Shown in pieces: positions 12,736 through 26,071 of a DNA stretch of 64,000 nucleotides. The notes under the pieces are model-generated. The model did not search any database. It was not told where the DNA came from and saw only the letters and a list, made by a program, of their open reading frames with translations. The stretch covers positions 15,438,576-15,502,575 of the forward strand of contig OZ316896.1 in NCBI GenBank assembly GCA_973895155.1. The letters are read 5' to 3'. Origin of the DNA: Marsupella aquatica. Its lineage: Eukaryota; Plantae; Marchantiophyta. Made by a program: the position numbers and the translations under genes. The stretch's first letter is position 1. The number at the start of each line of letters is the position of its first letter.

Positions 12736-13375
12736 ATCATATATATATTGTATTGGTTCATGTTAAGGTGTACGGAGTTCATTAACTTGACGTAGACAGT
12801 CCTCCAAGCCCGCAAACAATTCTTTGTGATAAGCAGCTGGACAAAGGCAGAGGAGCTGATGTCTTCTTTTGGCCATTGGTCCCTATTGTGGCGTTCAAAA
12901 ATTGTCCAAGTGTCTGCGACCCCAAATTTGTCATGTCCCGTAAGGAACCCGGGATCTTTTACTCTTGGTTGTTTTCCCTTGTTACAACTTTCAAAACTTG
13001 TCTAAGTGTGAAACCAAGACACCATGGAGTCAATCTTAATGGAAAAATTTGCTAGCCTGCAAGAACTAGACTAAATGTTGTACAAAATGGAGGCCCTTGT
13101 TTACATCTTGTCCCCTAAAACTCTATAATCATGTGAAGACATAATCATTATGTCTTTAGCGTAGACATACATTGGTGGACTATGACATGACGTGCAATGG
13201 ATTGCGGTGGGAAATGTACGGTTGACCATGCAGTTAGGCATCACATATATAAGAACCATGTGCACGGAACCTATGTAGGGGGCCTAGTTTGTAACAACAT
13301 TTTTGTGGGGGCCCTGGTTCGTAACAAAAGTTTAGTAGGGGCCTGTCACATAAATTTGTTTTGGCAAGGGTCCCA

Positions 13376-14130
13376 TCTACTACGATAATAATGAATCCCA
13401 CCAGTTTTGGTCCTTTGTCCCGTTACAAAAATGAAAAAGGAGGGAACAAAGCTAAGCCATCAGATATTTTCTAGAATTATTTATGGCTCTTGGATTGAGT
13501 GAGATGGGAACCTAAAATTGGCTGTAAGTTATAGTACAAGATAGGTATCTAAGTTATAATACAAGGTAGATATAATATGTCATAGAGTACTTGCATGTGT
13601 TACTGTAGTTATTTTGTAGCTTGAGTATAATACCTTTGGCATGGAGCATTAAAGTGTAAGTATATTATTTTATGGTCTATTAATTTAGAGTACATTTGGC
13701 ATGGGGCATGAAAGTGAAAAGATTTACTTGAGATAATGGTTTTGGTAGGGAGTGAGCACTAAGGGGAAGAGAGTAGGTTGACATTATATTTTTGGCTTTT
13801 GCTCTTAAAAAGGAGATTTAACTCTTTGGAAGTTAGTCTTGACCAACACAACTACTTTTCTCTCAATGACCTCTTGGGCGACACGACATCTTTACTCTCA
13901 ACGACCTCTTGGGCGACACGACATCGTTTCTCTCAACGATCTCTTGGGCAACATGACATCTTTTCTCTCCACAACCTCTTGGGCAACACGACATCTTTTC
14001 TCTCCACGACCTCCTAGGCAACACTACATCTTTTTTCTCCACGACCTCTTGGCTGACACTACATCATTTTTTCTCAATGACATCTTGGGCGACACGACTT
14101 CTTTTGTGCAACGCACAGGTATTGAGCTAG
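13376..14130 (+). mobile_element. Non-autonomous Helitron with 35-bp minisatellite
   Basis: A|TC 5' end and 3' TGTGC-AAC-GCACA hairpin + GGTATTGAG + CTAG|T. About 7 copies of acacgacatcttttctctcaacgacctcttgggcg at ~13846-14105. Confidence 0.75.
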
Positions 14131-14339
14131 TCAAGCATAATATACCTCCCAATAAGAGAATGAAAGGTCAAACTTCAAGGCAGAGAATTAAAGGTCAAAT
14201 TTCAAGGCAGGTTGGATGGCCTTGTGCTGGGAAGGGTTTGCTTTGTCTCTTCACCAAACCTCTTACACATGTACACAAATAAAGTAGGAGATGGATTGCA
14301 AGATTGAGGGGTACTAAAGACAAGAAGTACTTCAAAAGA

Positions 14340-15850
14340 AAACAAAGACCAATTAAGATTTGGCTGAGCACACTTCCAAAAAGGTTGGGACCCTCATAAA
14401 GTTTGGACACACTTCCAAAGAGTTCCTATGCAAGATCTAAGATTGCTATTGGGGGCTCTTGGTTTATGTTGTGGATCTTTGGTTGTGACGGGGGAGTACT
14501 TGACTTGTTTGGCCTCTTGGCTCTTCTTGTCGCCCCCCCCCCCCTCTTCTGTTTATTTTGCTTTACTCCCGCCTTTATTGGGTTTCTTTGCCTTTACTAG
14601 GACCCTGTCTCCCGGTTTTGGCGCTTGTGCTTTTTGGCACTTTGATACATATCAAATAATCCCAAAGAATTGGTTAGGCACACTTTCAAAAAGGTTTCTT
14701 TGTCAGATTGTTTTTTCCAAAGAATGATTGGGACTCCCAGAAAGTTTGCCAGACAATAAAATTGAGACTTCCAAAAAATTTAGACATACTTCCAAAGATT
14801 GGGACTCCTAGAAAGTTTGGACACTATTCCAAATACTTGGCATGCACAATCTAATCTATCAATGTCAACCTCAAACAGTCCCTAAGATTTGGTTGAGCAC
14901 TTCAAAAAAGGTTGGACACACTTCCAAATTGTTGTGTAATCAATTCCAGAAAGTTTGGACATACTCATTTGAAGTTTGGACATACTCATACAGATTTTTG
15001 AAGCTGCTATATGGTGAATGCACATTTCAGATTTTGTCTTATTCAGATTTTTGTGTCATGTATTTTCATTTGAACCTGCCTTATCAAGGGGAAGCCTTTG
15101 TATTCTATACATTTTTAATTAATTTTTAGACCCCTTTAGTTTTAGGTATTCTAGAGTGTTTTGAACTTATTTTGGCAGCCCCCTTTCACAGTAACTATGT
15201 GTTTTCTTAGAGATGAAACCAAAGGCTCCACCACCACAAGTGAGAGAAATGATGCTGAAGAACATGAATGCATAGCCTCTTAAGTTCTCCTCATGTTTTT
15301 CTTTCCTAGGTTTATGGTTTTTAGTGAAAGGAGTGTCATTTATAAGGCACCCTGAGTTAAGTGCACACATTGTAGCATCATTTGACTGTACCTTTTCTTG
15401 GCAGACACTTTACTTATATAACAGCACTTCTATGCTCTCATATTTTATTTACTTTCAGATCACTACAAGACATTTTATTTACTTTCAGATCACTACGAGA
15501 CAAAAAATAAAGCATGTTCCAGGATGAGCATGCTATATCACAAATTTAAAGACTTCCAGAAATTTGGGACACACTTGCAAAATTTTGGACTGCAAGATCC
15601 AAACTTACAATCTCAATTCAAAAATCCCAATGATTTGGTTGAGCACGTCCAAAAACATTAGACACTCTTCAACAATGTCATGCACACTTGCAAAAGAAAT
15701 TAAAGCTTCCAAAAAGTTGGACACACATGAGACTTTCAACAAGTTTGGAACTACTCAAAAAGACTTAGTTGGCATGTCCAAGACCTAACATTTCTATCTC
15801 AACCAAACAATCAGTAAGATTTGGTTGAGAAAGCTTCCAAAAATGTTGTG
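14340..15850. repeat. Cluster of degenerate short repeats
   Basis: Recurrent gatttggttgagcac.tccaaaaa.gttggacacacttccaaa motifs. 14601-14643 is the reverse complement of a dispersed repeat also at ~36968 and ~37117. Confidence 0.55.
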
Positions 15851-15859
15851 CACGCTTCC

Positions 15860-16325
15860 CACATATGCAAGAAGTGGGTAAGCCCACAAGAAGTGGTGGG
15901 ATAACACCATATGAAGATGTATGGCTTGAGAGCTCCTTTGAAGACATCCAGAAACAAGAAATGTCAGGATTGGTTTGAAGCCGCTCCCCTACATCCTTCC
16001 CTTCTGAAGTCAGAATCCTGGCTCGGTCTGTTATAGATGCATTGACAAGGATGCTAGATAGGGCAAAAGCGTACATGTGCTTGCACAGGTCAACCTGAAG
16101 ATGGACAGGGTGTGAGACAATAACTCCTAACATGAAGGTAACGTAGCTCAAATGGGCCCAGTAATACATGACTATTGCACCTCTTGCCAAAGAACCTGAA
16201 ATGCTGGGGAACCCACCTCATCCTCCATGCAAGTTAGATGAAAAGTAAAAAAAGGGTCTTACTATCCTTAACAAGGAATTGATGAGCCCACAATGAGAAT
16301 ACTGCTAACTAGGCCCCTGAAAAGT
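15860..16325 (-). pseudogene. Degenerate non-LTR retrotransposon fragment (CRE-like, post-RT region)
   Basis: DRARILTSEGKDVGERLQTNPDISCFWMSSKEL...GVIPPLLVGLPTSCICG matches from memory the AR.l.s..g..ag.WL...P....f.m....f...LG.P......C.CG pattern found C-terminal to RT in CRE-like elements. Confidence 0.45.
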
Positions 16326-17596
16326 CCAAAGGTGTGATGGTCTCTATGAAAGTTAGCCCATAATCATCGTGAACAATTGGGAGAGTGAGTTGTGGGTGAA
16401 GTCATGGAGACAAGAGCAAACAACCAGGACCTAAAAGAGAGACAAGAATAAATTGGTTTGGGTGAGCTGGTCCTTACAAAATGTTGGCCCCACTTTCACC
16501 CCCACATGTCATTTTTCTAATACACAACTATTTAGTCTAAAAGATTCTGAGTGGGGCTATCATGTTTTGCTCTGAATAATGACTATAGTAAGCAAATAAA
16601 TTTCTCACTTTTTCTACACGTCTCATTTTTCTAACAGATAATTGTTTAGCTTCTAAAATATTGTGAATCTATGTCAAAATAACGGTGGGCCTTTCATGTT
16701 TCTCTCATAATGACAAGCTAGCACTACGTGACACTCAAAACCACAAACTTAAGAAACAAATTAGTTTGTGGACCCCATCTTTGCTCAAGAGATTCTAAAT
16801 TCAATGAGAGACAAGTCCTTGGAACATTTTAAAGCGTTGTATCAAAGTTATGTGCTGGGTCATATGCCTTGTGGCATGAGTCCTAGGTGACCACCTATGA
16901 TTTTGTGAACAAAACATGTGTGATCATGTTGCGACTTGGAAGAGAAGAAATTTGCATCTCGGTATTAGTGCTAATCCTACTTCTGGCTAATTTTGAATTA
17001 CTTGTACCTACATGATCATTGAAGCTAATTGTCTAAATCAACTTCAATCGTAGATCCTTTCCATGTGATCACTCATGATTTATCTCCTTCTTTTCTCCAA
17101 ATCATTGTCTAATTATGAACTCAACCCAAACATTCCAATAAGAGAATGTGATTCCAAGATTATTTTTTTCATTCCTCTCAACATTTTATTTTAGGTAACT
17201 TGGAAGTTTCAGTCCAAATGGCCCTCAACCATTTCTCAAACGTATAGGAAACAAATAGGTTGAGGGTCCATGGTCTTGTTGGTAATGAAAAATCTGCCAA
17301 TGTTAGATTCATTCTCAATGTTATGATTTTCTAGAATGCCTCTAAATATTTAGCATAAAAGGTCCATTGAGAGGAGAGTCAGAAACTAGATCATGAATTT
17401 CTGAAATTTTGTTGATTTTGAATGAGCATCAGATTGGTACATTTTGTCAAGTACCAAGGAAATCATGAGTTTACCAATTTTTCTAGGTTTCCAATGAGTC
17501 TCAGATTGACAAATTTTGTCAAGTTCCAAATGAGTTTTGACTTTTTTTGCCTTTCCAATGAGAGTGACATTAAGAATTTTGTCAAGTTCTACAAAC

Positions 17597-18188
17597 TCAT
17601 ATTCCAACTTTATAGAGTTTTTAATATATGTTTTTTTCTTACATTTTAGGGGGTGCAGGCTTAAAAACGTCGCAGGTGATGAAGGGCCTCTATGTAGTCA
17701 GACCCTCAAGCAAAAAAAAAACCCTATACTTACTTTTGCGTGATGGGTAGAAAGGAAATAAGTGAGGACCCCAGGTCAGATTTTGTCAAGTACTAAAAAG
17801 ATCATAGCTTTCTAATGTGTGACATTGGGAACATTAATCAAGTAATAGAGATATCTTGAGTTTCCTAATTTCTCTAGCTTTCAAATGAATGTCACATTAA
17901 AAGAGTTTATCAAGTACTAAGGAGATGACAAGTTTTTCAGTTTCTTTAGGTTTCCAATGAACCTAACATTGATAGTTTTGTCAAGTACTAAGGGTTCTAA
18001 CTATTTACATTGTTGTCGATTGGTTTTTTCAAACTTGCAAACAACTAAAAAATACAAGCATTTTGATGTAAAACACTAATCTTGGGGGTCTCACTACATA
18101 GAGGCCCCCATCACCTGCGACAAACCATGCACCCCTAAATTGAAAGAATTTTGTTAAATTTTTTTAAACCCTATTAAGTTGGAATATT
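17597..18188. repeat. Imperfect ~115-bp inverted repeat within ~58-bp degenerate tandem repeats
   Basis: 17597-17710 vs 18081-18188, e.g. gtcgcaggtgatg..gggcctctatgtagt.agacc / ggtct.actacatagaggccc..catcacctgcgac. Surrounding ttttgtcaagt.cta units at 17370-18000. Confidence 0.7.
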
Positions 18189-19084
18189 GATTAAAAGGAC
18201 TCTAATGTTCTTACAAGACTCAAAATTGGGTTTAAAAAACCCTAAAATTTTTCCACAAAATTTCCAAGTCTTCACTTAAAACCAATAAACTACCCTATTC
18301 TTTGTTACACGTGATGTGTCGATTTGATGGAAGTGAAAACCCCAAGACACTAGTATACCCTTGACAAGACATTAGAATGGTAACTTTATTTTACCTAGTT
18401 GTTTGTTGTTCTAGAATTTACCTTTCTACTTTTTAATCTTTTTAATGTTATTGGGTATAATTGCTTTCTCTTGCCTTGCATCAAATACGAACTGTTGTGT
18501 TTGCTCCTTGTTGAAAACCTCATTGTTCCTGTTTGTGAGTGAAACTGATTATGTGGCTCAACGTGGTGCTAGAAATTTTGGAAGGAGCTTTCCATGGGGT
18601 TCCCTAAACAAAGTACTTAGAAAACATAAGGGCATGACATTAGCATGGAACTTTACATTAGCGTGGAACTTTTCTTTCTCAGCCTCATGGGAAAAGACAA
18701 CATCTCCCTCATGTATGGAACTTCAATTAAGTGTTAACTGATTATAATGACAAAAACATGTACTCCAATAAGAATGGGCAAGATTGAAAAATAGACACAG
18801 AGTTAAAGAAAATCTCTAGGACAGCTAAATTCATAACATTAAGAGGGGGGATTTTTCTTTTCAAAATCCAATGACACAAAAGATGCTAAAATATCTGGAT
18901 ACTTTGCCACTCTTTTTACCCACTTTGTTTAGCTACTTTAATTATTACTCTGTTAATTTTTTTAGCCTTTGGTTTGAGAAAAACCAACCCAAGTTAAGTA
19001 TGGGTGGTCAAATTGTCAACATTTCCCAACAACTTTAGCTTGGATGGTTTATTGGACTTCAAGAGTGGGTTGTGAGGTTGGCTA

Positions 19085-19407
19085 TGTAGAGGTTAACTCA
19101 GTCTTGGGTTGAACTATGGTTAGTATGTTAACTAGGGTTAGAGTAAACCCTAGTTGAAGAGTTGGTCCTTATCTCTTCAACTTCTATGTGGTGTGAGAAC
19201 ACACAAGAGAGTTCTCAAGAGAGAACACAGTGATATAGCAAGAGATGAGAGCTTGAAGAGATGAGAGCTATGGTGATGCTTGAGTAGACACATAACCGTT
19301 AATAAAGCTTGGTCTTCCCGTGGACGTAACCAACCTTGAGGCGAACCACGTAACTATTGAGCACGTGTATGTTTGGAGTGTTTTTCCTGATCTGATTTCT
19401 CCCCACA
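19085..19407 (+). repeat. 5' LTR of copia A
   Basis: tgtagagg...ccccaca, direct repeat of 30825-31147. Confidence 0.97.
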
Positions 19408-19409
19408 AT

Positions 19410-19421
19410 TGGTATCAGAGC
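19410..19421 (+). other. Primer-binding site (tRNA-iMet) of copia A
   Basis: TGGTATCAGAGC 2 nt after the LTR end. Confidence 0.95.
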
Positions 19422-20577
19422 TCAGATTTTTTCAGTCGATTAGGAACTCCATAGAACTTGCTTCAAGCAAAGCGAACAGCGGATGATTTCCTCTTCGAAG
19501 CCGAGCTATTGAAAGAAGATCGGACTCAATCTTCTCACAAGTATGGAGCACACAACCAGGGGCTCATTTCAGTGAAGCAATGAAGGCCTGAGGTCAGAAA
19601 CCGAAACAATTGTAAGTGACGGTTTTCAATTTACGTTATCGGGCAAGAGATAAGGTCAATTTCTTAGATCAGTCTTTTTGATTGTTCTATCGGGACTTGA
19701 AACTGAGATACGCTTGAGCGCCTTGTCTTTCTAGACGTTTCGATATCAACATCGTTGAATTTCCGTCAAACGGTTGAGAAGCAATCTTAATTTCAATTCT
19801 CATTTTTTGAGCTCAAAATTTTGGCTATGGCGGATAATTTAATATCAGTCACTTTCACCGAATTGTTTCTCCCTCATTACTCCACCGTTTGCGAGTTCTT
19901 TATATCAATCTTGATGCCCTCGAAGTCTAGTTTATGAATCTGAAATCAGAATTGGATTTCGTCAAAAACTGAGACGGGAATTTGAGTGAATCCGCCGAGG
20001 GGTACTTTCTGCCGCGAGTAGTCGCGACTTCCGCGGACGCGCGAGGAGGTCGAAAACTTCGAGGAGGCCTTTTAGGGCTTGACAGGGCTCGGGCAGGGGG
20101 AAGTGCCCCCTGTGAAGTCCCCCACAGGGGCTGTACAAGGGCGGACGGAATTTCCCGAAAAGATTCTTTTCCAGAGGCTTAAATTTTTACCGAAGGTCAA
20201 AGATTTCGAGCGGCAAATAAAATCGGATCAACTTCAACTTTTGGAGAGGCGTACTTGGGGAAGCTAGGCAAGTATTGGTGCGTTCAATTCTGAAAAAGTA
20301 TACTAGTGGAATCTTTGGCATAAGAGATTCCCTCGAGGGGTAATTATTTCATCTTTTACCCCCCTCCGGTCGGAGTAAAAATTCTCGGCACTCGAGAGTC
20401 CATTTGACAAACCGTTTTCAGAATTTGGAGCGTTACCTTGTGGGCTACACATAGGAGTGATCAGTTTCAAAATTCACCAACTTTCAATTTTGGCCTTATT
20501 TTCACACCCCACATCTGAGCATTCGACGTTTATTTCTTGTCGAAAGGCGACTCCACACTACATTTGGCATTCCAGCG

Positions 20578-23500
20578 ATGGCGACTACTAGGATTGGAGG
20601 TCAAAGGTTTGAGGTGGAAAAATTTGATGGTCGGATGGACTATACAATGTGGGAACGTAATGTGAGGGATGCACTTAGGGCGATGGGCCTAGGCAAGGTA
20701 CTAAGATCTCAACCCAAGGAGATGGAAGATGATGATTGGCATGATCTCCAGGATCAAGCGGTAAGTATTGTCGGCATGTACCTGAAAAACAATGTGAAGA
20801 AGCAGTTCGAGGAAAAAACAACACAAACGGTGACGGACTTGTTTCAAGCATTGCGCAACAAGTACTACAAGAAGGAGATGTCAAACCGAATGTATGCAAG
20901 TCTGAAGCTCATACAATTCAAAATGGCTGATGGAGTCAAGATTCAAGATCATATCGATCAGTTCAATGATCTTGTGGTTGACCTAGAGAATTTGGGGGAA
21001 CATTTGAGCAAAAAAAAGAAAGCCTTACAACTCTTGAGCTCACTACCACCTTCGTACCAATCTTTGTCTCGAGTTCTTCTATTCCGTGATAAGACAACTA
21101 TATCCTACAATGATGTGATGAGTGCCCTGTTGACCAATGACATGTAGTCTAAGTTGGTTTCTTCAACTCATCCTACCTTAACCTCATCATCAACAACACT
21201 GTTGGTAGAAAGAGGCAAATCAAGGGAGTCATCTCATGAAAACAAAAGGTTTAACCCACTTCCCATGGAGCGAGGAAGGTTCCACGACCGATCTTTTGGT
21301 AGGAGGAGGTTTAGATCCAGATCTAGATCTCGATCCAAATCACCATCCAAGTCTACTTGTGAGATAAAGTGTTAGAAGTGTGACAAAGTGGGCCACATGA
21401 AGAAGGATTGTCGCGTCAAAGACACATTCAAGGAAGTTGTCGGTTCTTCAGCCCAAGTAGTTGTTCGAGAAGAGGACAGTGAAGGATTTGCATTGTGTAC
21501 CACTTCCCAAGTTGAGGATTGTCGATGGATCTTGGATTCCGCTTGCTCGTATCACATGTGCTATATGCGTGAACTTTTCTCATCCTACACTCCTATCAAC
21601 GGATCTGTTTTGATGGGAAATAATCATTCTTGCAAAGTTTTAGGGATTGGATCCATAAAGATTCAACTACCCGGTGACAAGTACTGTACTCTATCAAATG
21701 TCAGACACATTCCAGAAATGTGTAAGAATTTGATTTCTTTTGGCTACTTGGATGCAAAGGGTTATCAATGGAGTGCAACTGATGGGGTGTTAACAGTCAC
21801 GCATGGATCAACTGAAGTTCTTACTGGCAAGAGGAAAAGAAATATCTATGTCTTGAAAGGCACCACACTTCTTGCCAAAGTCAATTTGGTCACATCTCAG
21901 GAGGAGAAAATCAATTTATGGCATGCTCGGCTTGGTCACATGAGTGAAAAAAGTTTGGAAATCCTACACAAGCGACATCTCCTACCAGGATTGCAAGCAT
22001 GCAAGTTGATTTTTTGTGATCATTGCATTGTCGACAAGAAAACAAGAACTCCATTTCTGACTGTCATTCATCATTCTAAAGTTGTACTTGAGTATATTCA
22101 TTCCGATGTGTGGGGTCCTGCTCCGGTTTCCTCACATTTAGACAAACAATACTATGTATCATTTATTGATGATTAATCAAGGTTTGTTTGGATTTATTTC
22201 ATTGCCCATAAGTTTGAAGTATTTTCCATCTTCAAACAATGGGTAGCTCAAGTTGAGACACAAACTGCAAAGAATGTGAGATATCTACGATCAGATAATG
22301 GTGGTGAATACACCTCTGGCGAGTTCAACACGTATTGTGCAAATAAGAGAATTACTCACCATCTCACAACTGTGTACACTCCTGAGCAAAATGGTGTTGC
22401 TGAGCGACTCAACCGCACATTATTGGAGCGAGCAAGGAGCATGTTGAGCCACTCTAAATTGCCACAAATCTTTTGGGCAAAAGCTGTCAACATAGCTGCT
22501 TATCTAGTAAATCTCTCTCCTAGTCGGGCAATTACTTACAAAACCCCCTTTGAGCTATGGCACAATCAACCTGCTGATTACTCAAAGCTTATGGTTTTTG
22601 GTTGTGAAGCATATGCACATGTTCTTAGCAACAATATGACTAAGCTAGATCCTCGAGCCCAAAAATGCATTTTTCTTGGTTATCAGCGTGACGTTAAAGG
22701 ATATCGATTGTGGGATCCAGTTGATTGCAAGTTACTTGTTAGTCGGGATGTATCCTTCAATGAAGACAAATCATTGAAGGAGGGGGAGATAGATCAATTT
22801 TCTACTACTAACAAAGTGCAATCTCCTCTAGAGGATTTAAGAGGAGATGATATGTCAAATGAAGAATATGTTGACACTACTGTAAGGCAAAGCACACTAC
22901 AATCAGATCAGCCAGAGTCTTCAGTGCGAAGAGGAACTCGTAAACGTCAAGCCCGGGAAAGGTATGGAACTTGGCTTCCTTCTGATCAAGTGGATTTGGA
23001 TGAAGAATCTATTGATGCATTGGTGATAGAAGATGGAGATCCATCCTCATTTCGAGAGGTCCTAGCTTCTATGGAGAAGCAACAGTGGCAGGTGGCGATG
23101 CGCATGGAAATGAAATCACTTCATGATAACAAGACTTGGGAACTTACAAGTCTACCTAGTGACAAGCAGGCTATTGACAGCAAGTGGGTGTATAGGAAGA
23201 AAGATGGACCCACGGAGGATGCTGAGAAGATATTTAAGGCTCGGTTGGTAGCCAAGGGCTTTACTCAACAGAAAGGTATAGACTACAATGAGGTTTTTTC
23301 ACCCGTAGCAAAGTATTCAACAATACGTTTGCTATGTGCTCTTGTAGTTTTATTTGATCTGGTTTTAGATCAAATGGATGTTGTCACGGCATTCTTATAT
23401 GGATCGTTGGATGAGGTGATTTACATGAGGCAACCAGAGGGTTTTATGCAAAAGGGCAAGGAAAATTTGGTACAGGTTGCTAAAATCCTTGTATGGATTA

Positions 23501-24562
23501 AAGCAGAGCCCAAGGCAGTGGAAGAAGCATTTTGATGAATTTTTGAAATCACTTGGATTTGTGCAAAGCGTGTATGATCCATGTGTTTACATCAGGCGTG
23601 TGAACAACACAGGTTTTAAGCTTGTCATCCTTGTACTTTATGTGGATGACATGCTCATTGCAGCACAGGATAGGGGCGAAGTTGATAAGCTTAAGGCCCA
23701 ACTCAGTTATGAGTTTAAGATGAAAGATTTGGGCACAGCCAAGAGGATCCTAGGCATGGAGATTGTCAGGGATATTAACAAAGCCAAACTTTGGCTGACG
23801 CAGAAAAGATATGCATAGAAGGTACTCTCAAAATTCAACATGGCACATGCTAAGGCTGTGAGTGTTCCTTCGGCAAGGCATTTCAATATTTCTGCAGCAT
23901 TTTGTCCATCGAATCCGACAGAAAAAAGTTTGATGTCCAAAGTTCCTTATGAATGTGCTGTGGGTAGTTTAATGTATCTCATGGTATGCACCCGACCAGA
24001 CATAGCTTATGCCGTTAGCAAGGTAAGCAGATACATGGAAAATCCAGGAAAAGTTCATTGGGAAGCAGTGAAATGAATTGTGCGCTACATCAGAGGTTCC
24101 ACTAAGAAGGGTTTATTGTTTGATGCAAGTTCAAACAATATGAAAGTGCTTCAAGGTTATGTGGATGCAGACTACGCAGGTGATCTGGATAAGAGGAGAT
24201 CGACAACTGGATATGTATTTACACTTGCTGGTGGATGCATTAGTTGGAAGTCTACTCTCCAAAAGTGTGTTGCAAAGTCTACTATGGATGTCGAGTATGT
24301 AGCAGCAGCAGAAGCAGCATCAAAGATCATTTGGTTGAAAAAGCTTGTCACGGAGATGGGTTTATCACAGGAGTGTGTATATCTTCATTGTGACAGTCAA
24401 AGTGCAATTTACACTGCCAAGAATCAGGTGATGGATGGCAGGGTAAAGCACATTGATGTCCGCTATGATTTCATCCGACAAGCATTATCGGATGATGAAT
24501 TTGAGCTTGTCAAGATTGATGAAAAGCTTAATCCAGCGGATGCTTTTACCAAGGCATTGTAA
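20578..24562 (+). pseudogene. Copia A gag-pol, disrupted
   Basis: Gag (FEVEKFDG), zinc knuckle, protease WILDSACSYH, LWHARLGH, integrase, RT (FKARLVAKG, YVDDMLI), RNase H (YVDADYAGD). Stops at 21145, 21373, 22174, 23816, 24074. Frameshift ~23475. Last ~20 RNase H codons missing relative to B. Confidence 0.95.
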
Positions 24563-24769
24563 TTATTTACAAATATTGTAAATATAGAGTTAACCAAGAA
24601 AATGTCTCTATATGAGTACTCCATCCGATGGCTTATCGACTACGGCTTAGTTCTAGTTAACCTTTGCATTAGGGGGAGGGTCTTTTGGCCCTACTGTCTT
24701 GAACTTCCCGCAGAGGAACTTGTAAGGAAAAGACAATGTTATGAACCCTCCCAAGACGTGAGTCAAGGG

Positions 24770-25190
24770 TGTTGGGTATTTACTCTTACGTCTAGGTTAG
24801 GTATGACGTGGTTGGTACAACAACGTGGGTTGGTACAACTACGTGGTTAGGTACAACTACGTGATTAGGTACAACTATGTGGTTAGGTACAACTACGTAA
24901 TTAGGTACAACTATGTGGTTAGGTACAACTAAGTTGCACACTATATCATAAGAGGCATGTGTGCTTGGAGAGGTAGAACCAAGGCTCATTGTTATGGAGC
25001 CACTTGAGAGATAGGGAGAGCTTACACTGTGGAGACTCGGTATAGCCGACGGGCTTAGAGTTCAGTAAAGCTCTCTTGTGTGTTCCCGTGGACGTAGCCT
25101 CAAGGAGGTGAACCACGTATCTCTTGTGTCGACTATTGTGCGTTGGATGGTTCATGGGCTTGCCATTGCGATCGTCGTCTATGCTCAACA
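24770..25190 (+). repeat. 5' LTR of copia B, with 18-bp tandem repeats
   Basis: Direct repeat of 30393-30813. Unit ggttaggtacaacta(c/t)gt, about 6-7 copies, at ~24795-24930. Confidence 0.97.
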
Positions 25191-26071
25191 ATTGGTATCA
25201 GAGCATGCTTGGGAGGTGACGTGTGTTCGTGACGGGATTTCATGACGGTTTTTCCAGCGTTGAGTGTTGGTGGATTTTCCAGAGTTCCATCGCATGGAAC
25301 TTGGAGTTTATGGGCTCAACGGATAGATCAGGGCAAGAGCTTTCTAACGGTGTGAAGAAATCGTTGAACGGAGCTCGTGGTGCAGAGAGATCTAAGTTTT
25401 CGTCGTTCTGGATTTTGTGAAGAAAGTTGGCAATCGACTCGGAGGGAGAAGCGTCAAGTGTTTTGACTCAACGCAGAGATTGAGGCAAGACGATTGTTTT
25501 TGAGTCCGGGATTGGCTCTTTGATGCAAAGAGGAAGGCTAAGCAAAATCAATTACCTTGTTGGACTTGGTGACGGCACCAAGTGCAATTGATCAACATTC
25601 GTTGTTGACAAGTGAGGTCGTAGCCATTGAAGTTGGCAATGCAGCGCACCAATCACATCGCAATTCCGACAACGGGTTGTACTTGGTATTTCGGTTATTC
25701 CCTGAGGTGGTCAAAACGGGGGAGTTTCCCAAGGTTTTACCCACCTCGACCGAAATTTGAATAACTTTTCCGTCAAATTTCGATTTTGATTTTGGTTTTC
25801 AGTATTGGACTCCTAGCTTTGTGGGCTACGCGGCGGTGTTGAGATTCGAGTTTTTTGAGAAGTTGTGAAAAACAACATTTTTTGTGACTTTTTCATGAGT
25901 GATTCGGAGGAGTTTTTCGAAGACGTGGAACTTGAAGCACGAGGATCACTGCGGAGGTTTCAGGGGCAGAGAGAGGAGCAGGAGGAAGAGCACGTGACAC
26001 CGATACCATCACCGGTGCGGTGTGTGGTGGAGGAAGCAGTACTACTACCGGAGCTCACGGTAAAGTAGAAG

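Noticed and set aside
13846-14105. 35-bp regularly spaced repeats resembling a CRISPR array
   Set aside because: Units are head-to-tail with no unique spacers, there are no cas genes, and the context is eukaryotic. It is a Helitron minisatellite.
24792-24989. Minus-strand ORF with VVPNH repeats (duplicated at 30415-30612)
   Set aside because: Translation artefact of the 18-bp LTR array.
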